Origin: Callorhinchus milii
Taxonomy: Eukaryota
Assembly (NCBI RefSeq): GCF_018977255.1
Contig: NW_024704743.1
Span: forward strand, 79,300,001 to 79,364,000
Direction: 5' to 3'
Length of the DNA stretch: 64,000 nt
Below, one piece after another: positions 49,791-61,576 of the stretch (position 1 is its first letter; each line of letters opens with the position of its first letter). The notes beneath the pieces are model-generated. The model searched no databases, was not told where the DNA came from, and saw only the letters and a program-made list of their open reading frames with translations. The translations under genes were made by a program, and so were the position numbers.

Positions 49791-52484
49791 TAGACACGGT
49801 GTGTTTTCTGCCACCTTTTTCGATAAGACACGTCCGTAACATGGATGGAGTGATGAGGCGAAATGCATCTCTGATAGCTTGTTTTAAGTCCTCTGTAGTC
49901 TTGTATCACTGTTTTGTAACAGGGGTACGAGGACTTTGTGGACACCCTGTAGAGTCAGAGAAAGTGAAATGTATGTCCTAAAACTTACCGCTTCAGAAAA
50001 GTGCTGCATTTACCATTAAAGAAGATGGATTTTCCTGAAAAGATAAGGAAGATGCACAAATGGTGTACATTTTATAAATTCACAAAGGATAATGTTACAT
50101 CTGAAGGTGACATCTGTTTTGGTGCAACTGGACAAATAACTGAATATCTCAAAACAATGAATCTGTATTGCAGCAAATTCAGATTATGCTGAAGCCAATT
50201 TAATTCAGTTTAGATCCATTCAGTCCCCACCTATGGTTTACTAAGTGCAACATAGAGTACATTATCACTACCATTTGAAATTGCACCATTGTGAATATTG
50301 CAGTTCCTTGTTATGTGAAGATATCTTTTTTTTATGTCTGAAACTTTTTTTTGTACCTGTACAGGATGTAGAGTTTGAATGTAGCAAATTGCCAACTATA
50401 TTCCATGTGTTATTTTTCTGAAAATAACTTGTTTCTGACTAAAGCTTTTGTTAGAAGTAATGTATTATAGTTTTTCATTGTGATAATTAATCACTCATGT
50501 GCCTGAAAGTTCAGCTTCACAAAGACACTTATTTTAGAACCCAAACAAACAATATTCTGTTGAGATATTTGCTTTATTGATAAACCATGAAGGTACCTTC
50601 ATGTTGAGGATTATGGTATTGTATATTTTGTATGTTTGTATTTCTGTGAAAGGTAAGAATGTCACCACCACCCATTGCCAAAACACGACATTAGAGATTG
50701 GAAAATATGCTAATCTGTTTACAGATTTGTTTATAAAATATTATGTATTAGCATGTTCTTCATCCTCTGGACATTAGAAAAACGTTTTGTGTATATTTCA
50801 TCATGGCAGAGAAATCAACAAAGGAAAAAAAAACAAAAGTTAACTGGACAATTGTCTCAATTACAATATATATTTCTGTTAATCATTGTAATTCTTAGCT
50901 GTGCGTGTAAAGTCCTGAATAGCTTTACTGACTGTAACATTCAGTTCTGAAACTTCATGGCAGTTATTCCTGTCCTATTGATGCCATATCTATTTCATTG
51001 ACAGTTACTGCATTTTCTTGGTGCGTGTACAAAACTGATTCCTAAGAAATATTTTATTAAAATTGTTTCATCAATATGTTTATAAACGGTTTTAAAACAA
51101 TAGGGTTTGAAATATCAACAGTAGAAATTATTGGGTAATAAAGTAAAAAAAATGTTTTTAGGTAAATAAATTTTCATATGTGTGTTGCCTAAAATGTATA
51201 TTTACTACAAGATTAGGTTTTGACACATCTGGGTGGTTGGTGGGGACAGGATGCTTCTCGTATCATTATTAAGAATTCCTGTTAAATGCTCACATATTAG
51301 CAAAATCTTAATGATACCACTTCTATTTTCTAATACTTGTACTGTGAGAGTGGACAAAAATAGCCATTTCTCAATTCCAAGAAAGTTGTCACTTAGTATT
51401 TACATTTTTTTGAAATAATTCATGATATAGTAATGTCAACTGTATGCCATTGTGAAATAATACCCTGCATCTATTGTTTTTTAATTGAAGACACGGTAGT
51501 GCTTTATTTGAAAAACAATTATGTAGTGATAAAGAAATCCAACTTTTGCCTAACCGTTGATGCAATATAATACAAAATTACATTTGGATAGCACCTTTCA
51601 CATCAGGGAAACATCTCAAGGCGCTGATGCTTCAATTTGCATCTGTTTCAGAACAACGCTATATATAAGCGCTATATGAATTTGTATTGTATATCCTATT
51701 CTATCTTCGACTTTTTTAATACATGATTAAACTCTACTGTTGGGTACCACTCCATCTTATTATATCAAACATGGGAATTAAAATCTATCCAGCTGGATTT
51801 GAACCAAATAAAATACCCCAGCTTACTTGTACAATCTTACAACAATCCAGCTAGGTAGGACCAATTGTACGATCATCCAGAATTTGTACTGTAACCACCC
51901 AAGTTGTACTCCCATCAGTTGGAGATGTGAAGGTTCAGCATGCCAGGCAGGCTAGCGCTTGAATTGTGCATATATAAGAGCTTATGTTCGTGATCCGACA
52001 CTCCAGGTAATGCCTTTGAGTACTCACTGTCCCAAACTTCAAGAGTTTTTTGGTCTTTTGATGATAGAGAGTTATTTGGATGGGAGTTGCAAGGTGTAGC
52101 TATTTTCAATTTTCATACATCCAAATTTAATTTAATATATGCAACTGCTTAGTCCAGGTCATCTTGTAAAGAACTTTGGCAAAGGAAAAGTTCACTTTGA
52201 GCGTGACTCCATCTCTTATTCTGCAGTCACTGTTCAGTATATACTAGAGCCTTTTTCCAGTCACCAATTTTCCCTTTGTATTGTAAATCTGCGACACAAT
52301 CCTGTCCTAGATTTCTCAGATGGGCCACGGGAAACCTTGATTCTGCACTGAAACACAAAGGAGACATTTGGACATGCCCAAAATGTTGCAAGCTTAAAAT
52401 GCATCAAAGAGCCCTTCATTATTTTCCCCTTGTTCATTTCTCCTTAGTTGTGTAACGTAATCACTCCTTTATACCACATATGAG

Positions 52485-52750
52485 ACATTAAGCTAAGTTC
52501 CTGCCTGTCTGTTCAGGTGGATGATAAAGATCCCATGCCACTATTTGAAAAGAAAAGAGTTTCTCCCAGCTTGCTGCCAACTATATCTTAATACGTTGTT
52601 AATTCACTTCATGATTTTTGTGGGACCTTGCTGTGTACTAATTGGCTGTCTCACTCAACTATAAAGAAGCAGGCACTATATTTGATGGCAATTAACTGAA
52701 GAACTGAGATGTTTTGACATTCTGTGTGCTCTCAAATGCAAGATTATTTA
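52485..52750 (+). mobile_element. Degenerate older Deu-like SINE
   Basis: CTGCCTGTCTGTTCAGGTGGATGATAAAGATCCCATGCCACTATTTGAA...TTTGTGGGACCTTGCTGTG...AAATGCAAGATTATT. Confidence 0.65.
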
Positions 52751-53322
52751 ATTCCACAGTTTTTTGGTGCTTTGTTTTGTCACATGGTGGCGCTAACTCA
52801 CCGTGGACTGCCAATTTTTTCACTCAAAAAATACAATATGTTAGATTTTTATGCTTGAAGGATATTTCCCCATTAGGACTCCATTTAATTAAGAACTTTT
52901 CTTCCAGACTGTTTAAATATGTTTGAAACTAATTATTACCTACAGTCACTGTATCATACAATAAAATCCTTTATCACACTTTGATATTGTGATGATGTGA
53001 TAAGGCGCTATATCAGATATGATAATTTACTACCTAACAACATGCATGGCTTGTTTATATGATTTCCAGTAGTAGAGTATTTTGGAGACAGAAGTAGAAT
53101 TTATGCTTCCCACTCTGTCACTCGTGCTTTTGGGGTTGAGGAGAAACCAATCGGATTGGCAGAGATCTGCTAAGATTGATCGATTTTTAAATGATACATC
53201 TATTAGGTATAGTCCCAGCATTTCTCAGTGTTTTAACACAGTGAATTGTTTTGAAGTGCAGTGATTCATTTTGCTGTCGCAAATATGGCAGCTAATCTTT
53301 GCTGGCAAAATGTATTAAAATT

Positions 53323-53425
53323 CATAATCCTTGCATTTGATATAGCATCTTTCATGTTTGGAGGATGTCTCAAAACACTCACAGAATTTACTGTAAAGTG
53401 GAGTGACTGTGTATATTGTATGCAA
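53323..53425 (-). mobile_element. SINE 3' tail fragment
   Basis: ATAATCCTTGCATTTGATATAGCA...GATGTCTCAAAACACTCACAGAATTTACTGTAAAGTG. Confidence 0.8.
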
Positions 53426-53814
53426 AACAGCAGTGACACTATCCATTTGGGTCCATGATTCATGTATTTGGATGAAGAAATCATATTAGGATATAAGAAC
53501 TTGTTAAAATGCTGTCATGGGGGTCTTTAATGTCATCCTGAACTACATATTTAATATTACAGAGCTGGTTACTTTCAACCGAGCAATTCTAAACTGAACC
53601 CATATATAAAAGTATTTACATAATTTGCAATAATTAATGTAGTGGTGTGAATTAATGTCCTACCAAAATCACCACTTCAAATGGACACAACTATTGTCCA
53701 TCACAATTTGTTGCCAGATCAAATTCCGATCTCTTGATATTCATAAAGTCTTCTCCTTGAGGGGGAGGTAAGTTGGGTTTCTTTGCAGCTGAACTAGTTC
53801 CAGTGATGTTGTTT

Positions 53815-54280
53815 GCAACGTGAATGTTGGAATTAGTCAATCTTCTGTGACAGTCTCGCAGTCTGTTTCCTGAGCCATTCAGAACTGCAGTATACCGGGG
53901 CATGTTTATGACAGCCAGCGTGGCTCATCATCAGGATTTGGACAGTTAAGATTCTTTCCACTCAATCACTCTTAACCTGTAAGTTAAAGCCCTAACAGGT
54001 AGGGTTGCCGCCGCTGGACAACCAGCGGGAAACTCTCCAGGCAATGCTTTCAATGGCAAGCGATATGGTTGTAACTGGTTAAACTCCGGCACGTTCTGGG
54101 GTCCCCAATCTTGGCTCTTGCCAACCTGTGCCTAATACTCTCTGAAATTGGGTAAGCAGAGTGTATCCCTCCAGGGGAAGAGTTTGTATTTCCATTCCAA
54201 AGAATAAAATTTCTATGTGTAATTGGCACACATAAAACTCTGTCTTGTTTCGATATTCTTAAAGTATGTTGAGAATGCTG
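53815..54280 (+). repeat. Unclassified repeat family X, long uninterrupted copy
   Basis: CTGCAGTATACCGGGGCA...AAAGCCCTAACAGGTAGG...CTGGACAACCAG...GGCTCTTGCCAACCTGTGCCTAATA...ATCCCTCCAGGGGA. Confidence 0.75.
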
Positions 54281-55384
54281 GTTCATAGACACTTCGCTGA
54301 CCCCCAAAAATCATGCACACATGTCATAGTTTGAATTATCAACCATGATCAGTGGAAATGACAGCGGAGGGATTACTGTTGCTGTCCAACATTTTCTAGT
54401 GGCGAAGCCAGAATCTAATAATGGTAGTAGCAGATTAGATAATTTCCTTTGTTGAGGTAAAATATGCCTGAATTCATGAAGCCGTTATTGGGAAAAGCAA
54501 ATTAAAAACAACAAGATTACATTTGAAAATTAAAAAAGTATCATTTGTAATTGTTTTTAATTAGTTATTTTAAAATCTGATTTGGAAACTACATTATTGT
54601 ATTGAATTATTGAAGAATAGCATTTTCTGAATCACTAAATATGATTTGCATATTCTCCTATCATATCTGTCTTCTCACAAAATTTAGAATTAGTGTACTC
54701 TGGTTTCTCACTACCAATCTGCTTTTTCCACATTTTGACTTGAAGTTTTAATGTTACTTTTCCTCGTGTTGAAAAAAAATCTGTCTCATTCAGAAGAGTT
54801 TTGTGTCTTTACTCTTGCCCAGATGTATACTTGGCTGTCACAAAGGTAAAACTGGTGAGATTATATAAATGTCCTTAAAATACCATCAGCTAGTAGTGTA
54901 ATTCTTAATTTATTTCTATGAGGAGGAAAAGGAAAAAAATATAAACAATGTTTCTACAAGTGCTTCTGAAAGATGCCTTATAGTGGCTTTGTTGAGTACT
55001 TGCACAATTTTTAAACTTCGGAATCTTCATTCAGTATATCTGTGACACCAATTGTACTTGCATGTCTGTAATATTGATCCTATAATTAATTTTTCCTAGC
55101 CAACTAGGCAATTTTCCTCCCCAATTATCTAATTTATGAGCTCCTTTGCCAACTGTAAATTTGCAGAATGTTGAAAGGAAGCAGATAGCTTCATGTTAAT
55201 AGTGTTGGGTTTCGAAGTCTGAGAGGTGGATTTGCTCGCATCAACTTTTAATGCTGTTTCTGATTCAGGAAATAAAGTATAACTCATGCTAATTTTGAGT
55301 TTGACTTTATTGTAATGAAGAATAGCTACTATGTTTCACTGCTTGCAAACAAATACCAGAAGGGAAGTTTTATTTAGGGTCGCC

Positions 55385-55449
55385 ACTCCTGATAACTTGT
55401 CACTGAGCCCTTTCCCCTTGGAGTGACAAATTATCAGGAGTTTACTGTA
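55385..55449. mobile_element. pogo/Tigger-like MITE end with a 20-bp hairpin
   Basis: 55385-55404 pairs with 55422-55441 (19/20); the right end reads TA-CAGTAAACTCC on the minus strand, like a pogo/Tigger TIR plus TA target. Confidence 0.55.
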
Positions 55450-56324
55450 TATGAATTGTTTTCATGTTTTGTCTTCCAAACCAATGCTAATCACTGAGCA
55501 AAATCAATAGAAAGTTTAGAATGCATGATGTTTAGCTGTGAGCATGAAGTGGAACACATAGCAAAGATGAATTGGAAAATGGAAAGTTTCTTTAGAATAT
55601 ACTTGCATCATTTCAGAATTCACCTTCCAGGAGCATCTGTCGAAAAGCCTTTTTTTGTACTCTTCTACATAAAAATAAACCAATGAAGCAGGTACTTGCT
55701 GTGACAGCAGTAAGCAGTTATTGGATTTATCTGCGTTCTACCTATAAGTGGCTTGAGAAATGAAACCTTTCAAATGGAAACAACTTTAGATATTGCTAAT
55801 GAATGAAAGGAGAATTATAGTATAAATTTACCCTTTTGCTTCTGTGGAAAACATCTTGGAAGGAAATAAATCTCACGTCAAACAATTATATTTATCATTT
55901 TTTTAAAATGGCCATGGTAAACACATTTTTTTCTTTTAACATGTTCAGCATGTTTTCTGCCTGTCTGATTTTGCTCTTGCGTTTAGCATCATGGCCCTCT
56001 GAGGTTTAATTTCACCACATGAGTGTAATTCAGTTTGTCATCTCCTGTATCCTGGGCCCAGAATCTGGGTCAAGTTTAGTACCTGCCCCTGTGTGGCCTG
56101 TCGTTCCCATAACCTCCATTGTATTCCACGTGTGCATCACAATTGAATATTCGTGAAGAACTAGAAGGTTTAGAGGCAGTGTAGAATTCAGTCAAGCATT
56201 TGGATAAGATACAAAAAAAATTGCTCAGGGCGCTGTGTTGCGATCTACTGACATAATTTGTCCCACATCCGGCACTGTTAAAGTACATTAAACAAAATTT
56301 TTGGTAGCTGCTGCATATATAACT

Positions 56325-56395
56325 GCTCCAGCGCCTTGGGACTGTCCTCCCGATGTGAAAGGTGCTCTATAAATGCAATTTTGTTGTTTTTGTTA
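56325..56395 (+). mobile_element. L2 3' tail fragment
   Basis: CCAGCGCCTTGGGACTGTCCTCCCGATGTGAAAGGTGCTCTATAAATGCAATTTTGTTG. Confidence 0.8.
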
Positions 56396-58134
56396 TGTTC
56401 CATATTTTCCAAAATGTTACATGAAGTTCACTTCGTCAAGGAGATATCATCTTGGTCTTGCATCATTGCACAAATAATTCCAGAATGATTACTTCATTTA
56501 CCTTTGAAGGAAACTTACATGTGGATCATAATGCTATAAAATTCTAGGTGTTAATTTTCAGCAAACCAATTGAATTCCTCTCTTGACAGCAATTTGAATT
56601 TTGATACCGCGTAAACTTGGTTGTGAGTAACTTTATCTTTACCTTGCCCTAGATTTGACAGCATAAGGTGCTACATCAAATGTGTGGCTATCACTATAAC
56701 CCACAATGTATGAAATTTTAAATCCAATTTAACTCCTTATAGTGTAAGCAACCTGAAAAGTCAGTTACACATTGATCCTATGATGGCTATAATTAATGAT
56801 TTTTTTTGTGGGAAACTTATCTTCCATTTGTTAATTTTATAGACCCAGGTGGTATGCAAAAGTCACATTATAAGTGAAGAGCGCTAAAGACCATACATTT
56901 GCCAGTAAGCTAACAATACTAGATCTATAAATTTTCAGACATTTCTCTCAATGAGACAGTTAAATCTATCCAGGCTTTTGAATGCAATATGCCACATTTT
57001 CTACCACTGGAATCACCATTTTTAGCAGAGATGGGGAGAGAGTTTTTTTNAAATAAAAGAAATCTTAAACTTTCTTGAGATGTACAGTTCATATTATGAT
57101 TTAATAACTTGTAATAACAAAAATGAGCAAGCTTTACTTTACGAATAGGTACAATAAACAGAATTGCTGTGAGAGATAATACTGTAGCACTGAAGCAATC
57201 ACTGATTGTGCAGCTGAGGTTTTTTGTACATAAAATATAAAGTATCCTGTGTGTTAAATAATGATACTATTATACTATTATTTAGAGCAGTATATGTTGC
57301 CTCAGTCATAATAACTGATTCTTTCAGCTCATTCAGGGTTTCAGTAAAAGTGTTATTTTACCTTTCATTGCTTAGTTGAAGAGTCAAAATTAACTAGAAC
57401 TTTAGAGAAGCAAAATATTCCAACACAGATTTCTGTTTGAAAAATTTTGCGTGACTATTGTCTGTTTTTACAGTGTACGTTCCTATCCAGTATATATGTG
57501 ATGTATTTGATTTAGAAAGATTCACCTCATTTTCTATTTCTTTTAATCAAAAATATGTTTAATGGAAGTGTATTTTTAAATAACACGTATTGTTTTATAT
57601 TTGTCTAATTTGAAGCCTTGTATTTGCAGTAATGTTTATGAATTATGCCTCAGATACTTTTCCAAGAATTAGATTTTTTAACCACCTATTTATTAGTTTA
57701 TAAAAGTAAAACCTCCTTTTCTTCTTGACCTTATGATTGAAAAGATGTCTTCACATATGAATTGCTGTGGACAAAACAACAAATTTGAGTACCATTGTGT
57801 TTGTGCATTAATTTAGCTGACCAGTAAGTAATTGGATGTAATAGGCAGCAAGAAAGAATGAATGGAGTATGGAGAGGTTATGTCTACAAAGAACAAGGTT
57901 CACTAGGCTGTTAACCTTTAGCTGCCCAGTGCTACCTGTGGTTTGAGTGTCCTGCTGAGACCAGGCCATTTTGGGTAGGCTTTGTTAAACAATAAGAAAT
58001 TACGATCACTTATTATTCATTAGAACGATCCGCCTGGTAGATTTATCCCCATTAACAAAATCATGTTCAAATGTCTCCAAGTACTTCGTAGGGATTTCTC
58101 CAAAGTGATGCATCTGTAGGGCAACATTTTTTTT

Positions 58135-58280
58135 ATTTTGTGGATTATTGCCCAAGACACCAGGAGAACCTCCCTTTTTAATAGTGTTGTGGTATCTTTG
58201 ATGCCCGTCTGAATAAGCAGATGGGCCCTCAGTTTAATGTCTCATTCTATGACTTTCCAGCACTGTATTGGAATGTCTGC
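58135..58280 (-). mobile_element. Degenerate older Deu-like SINE fragment
   Basis: CCAAGACACCAGGAGAACCTCCC...AATAGTG...ATCTTTGATGCCCGTCTGAATAAGCAGATGGGCCCTCAGTTTAATGTCTCAT corresponds in reverse to the 52485 body. Confidence 0.6.
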
Positions 58281-58937
58281 CTGCACCAATAAGCTGCAGA
58301 AGGTAGTCAACTGGAAAAAAATGTGTTTGCAGTTGAAAATACGAGTTATCATTTTTTTTGTATTTTCTGACTTTCATAATGGTACCTCACTATATATACA
58401 TATACTATATATTGTGGGGTTTTGATTTTAACGGGGTGGGGGGAAGGTATTTGTTTAGTTTTCCAATTTGCTCCATTTGGGGAAATAATTCTCTTCATTA
58501 AACCTTTCAAAAAATGTTATGTTTTGAATTACTAAAATTACTGAATTCTGGGTTGTAAGATCACTATGAATTGAAAAAAATTCCAAAATCTTAAAAAGTA
58601 ATATAGGCATCCATTATCTATCAAAAATTTACAAAAGAAACCTTGAAAACTAGCAACTCTCAATGTAGTGTTGTCTCTGGTATCAGAGTAACATTCCCTT
58701 TACCGGTAGAGTAGGAGTAGTTTGCATCGTAAATTTAAATGTTGCTCCATGTTGGGTGACCAAAGTTATACTTTTCAAACTGTCCTGCTGAAGGAGTGCT
58801 CCCTCTAGTGTAGGTTTTATGATTTGACGGCTAAGGCTCTGAACTGTACAGAATGTTGTAAAGAACATAAGTGGAATATAATGAGTGAACTATAAACCTA
58901 CTCAAATATGTACCAGTCAACCATATGCAGTTTAGGA

Positions 58938-59120
58938 TAAAACAAGTTGCATTTATATAGTGCCTTTCGAGTCAGAAGGATGTCCTAAGGCACTGGACAA
59001 TCGGGTTTGCACCTGAATTGAGGATTGAAGTTGGGAGGAGCGGGGCCAGTGGGGGTGGTGTGGTAGGGTGCAGTGAAAAAGGAAGGTCTTGACAGACCTT
59101 GAAGAAGGCGAGGGAAGGGG
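58938..59120 (-). mobile_element. L2 3' tail fragment
   Basis: AACAAGTTGCATTTATATAGTGCCTTTC...GGATGTCCTAAGGCACTGGACA; SVKTFLFH in ORF 58953-59174. Confidence 0.8.
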
Positions 59121-60802
59121 GGACATAGCAATGGGTCTCTGGAATGGAATTCCTTCGTCTGAACTGGGTTCCAAGAAACCCAGACTCTTTTACAAAAAGA
59201 GTCCCTGACCCTTGATGCAGTATTCAGAAGATGGTAGAATGAAATGGCCCGAGGGGCGTCTTTATTTGTACCTTTTTGATGATTTTTGAATTTTAAGACC
59301 ATGATCTTAAAAGATAGACTATGAGAAATTCGGGTTTCTAGTGAAGACTGGATTGTCTGATAATCTGCCAATGTTACTGTTTGTTTGGGTTTACATGTAA
59401 AGAAGGGCCACTTGAGTAAAGTATCAGAGAGATGTATATTTGCTCTCATTAAATCACATGCCATCATAAGGTAACACCAGGAGAATATATGAGAAAGTTG
59501 AAGGAGAAAAAATCTCTAACTTACCAAGAATGCAGTTTTTAAAAAATGAAATTTAGATTTATTTTATGTCTATTTGTAAAATATATGGGTAATTCATTAA
59601 AATTGTGAATTCAATGAGAATGTGCAATGTGAAGCAATAGCTAGAGGGAAGAAAACTACTTCTGATAACAATATTTTGTTGGTTTTAGGGATTTCTTCTC
59701 AGTCCCGATTCATATTATTGATTCACTGACGTTAGATTTTTATGCAGCTAACTGCTTTAAAATTGTCTTTGGGATGTTGTTCTTATCAGGCATATGTTTT
59801 GTTGCTTGTGTTTGATTGTTTTTTTTAATGAATGGATATGTATCCATTTTCAGCATTGAATACTTTGTTAAAAGTTGTTTTAAGACATTGTTGAACATAT
59901 TAATTTAACATTTTCAAATTGTGCACACTACATTTATATCATGGCATGATTTCTTTATATCAACAAATTGTATATCTTTGTCCATGTTTTCAAGTTAATT
60001 CCTCTGTTTAGATGACTACGAGTTGTACATTTTCCTCACCTGAAACCCGACTTCTGCAACATTTCTCTCAAGCAGTACACTTGGAGGTGTGTGGCAATGA
60101 TGACTGCTTCTCATATTAGTATTTATTTCCTTCTTTCTCCCCGTGGATGCTCTGAAGCATTCTATTGGCATGGCTGACACTGGAAACTTATCAAATGGAA
60201 AATCACAGGCATCTCTGCCACATTGTGCCTCGGCTGGACTTGGGAGGATTAAAACAACTACTGATCACGCGCATTTATGTTAAATTGATTCAAGTGGTTA
60301 CAATACTGACATTGTTATGACCAATTGGTTAAAATATTAACATTGTATGATCATCGTTAATTTTCAATGAAATGTGATTCATTAAAATTTAGAATTAATA
60401 TCATTTGTATTAGTTTCCATAATGCAAATAATATTGCCTAACAGATGTTTTTTTTTATCTGGCGTGAAACTATGTCAAATCTTTTTATCCAGTCTCATGA
60501 ATGAAACTATGCTCTGTTCTTGTTTATCAGCCGATGTCCACATTTGGGCTGGCCACTTGTGTGATGTAACAAGAGAAAGATGTTTTTCATATCACCAGCC
60601 TGGCACAGAAACAACATTTTAAGAAGAACCATAATCACACCAAGACTTTGCTTCTAGGAAACGTACTTCAGCAGCATCAAATCTCTTCCAAACCACACAC
60701 AACGGGTGGAACCACAAAGGAGCGAGCTTTAACTGAATCCAGGTCCCTACTGAGAATTGCTGGAACTAAATGATTTACCGTTTTATTTTTAGGTTTGCTG
60801 AC

Positions 60803-60875
60803 ATGGGTAATCTGATTAAGGTGCTAACCAGGGACATAGACCACAATGCTTCACATTTTTTCTTGGATTTTGAAA
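60803..60875 (+). CDS. CYRIB: CYRI-B (FAM49B) alternative first coding exon A, MGNLIKVLTRDIDHNASHFFLDFE plus 1 nt; exon 60793-60875
   Basis: Acceptor TTTTATTTTTAG (AG at 60791-60792), 10-nt leader, GACATGG Kozak, 73 coding nt, donor GTAAGT at 60876. CYRI/FAM49 N-terminal signature MGNLxKVLT...FFLDFE; phase-1 end compatible with the following N of ENAQP. Confidence 0.88.
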
Positions 60876-61426
60876 GTAAGTTTGACCCTTCACAGCTGGT
60901 GTATACAAGATATGAGTATGTTCTGTCTCACCAGAGTGAAGGCCAGTGCAGGTATTACAAACGCACGTAAGAGCAAGATCATTTCACTTAGCAATGGTTG
61001 CATGATCTCTTCATTATGGCTGCAAAGTTCATCCCACACTTTCATTTTTAAATTCTTTTGAAAAGCTTTTTAATTTTTTTCATTCACTGATCCTGGGGCC
61101 CTTTTGGCCAATGTAGCTGTTAGTATGCTGCAAACCATTTTAACTACTTCAGCTCCTTTGTGCCTCCGGGAATGGGAATAGCCGTTAGTGACAGCTGGCA
61201 CATGTCGCCACTTAGTACAACCAAGAAAACCACGCAGCTTTTCTAGTTTAAACAGTTGGCACAGCTGGTAACGTGCTTTACCTTTTAGGTGATATAAAGT
61301 GTGTGAACTGACTGGGCTCCCATCACATGCCTTGCAATCCCTTAAAGGTTTTTTTTGTACAATTTGGGCTGTTCTGCATTTAAGGGGAATTTTTTTCTTC
61401 CTTCTTGTCTTGGCAGGTACCTTAAC

Positions 61427-61499
61427 ATGGGGAACCTTCTTAAAGTTTTGACTTGCACAGATCTTGAGCAGGGGCCAAATTTTTTCCTTGACTTTGAAA
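61427..61499 (+). CDS. CYRIB: CYRI-B (FAM49B) canonical first coding exon [25 protein letters not shown] plus 1 nt; exon 61417-61499
   Basis: Translation equals the human CYRIB N-terminus as I recall it. Acceptor TTTTTTTCTTCCTTCTTGTCTTGGCAG (AG at 61415-61416), 10-nt leader, AACATGG Kozak, donor GTGAGA at 61500. Confidence 0.95.
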
Positions 61500-61576
61500 G
61501 TGAGAATGCTCTTTTTTTAAAATATTTTTCTGCCTGCAGTAGACTGCACCTGTTTTATGTTGCATTTGTGTTTGAA

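Noticed and set aside
60511..60742. Additional exon starting at the acceptor-like CTCTGTTCTTGTTTATCAG (60530)
   Set aside because: No convincing donor follows (CAG|GTCCCT is weak) and there is no coding signal; needs transcript data.
60770..60970. Exon A as a separate gene (CYRIA) or a pseudo-exon
   Set aside because: No other CYRI exons lie between A and B; splice sites and frame are intact and divergence is synonymous-biased, which fits an alternative exon of the same gene.
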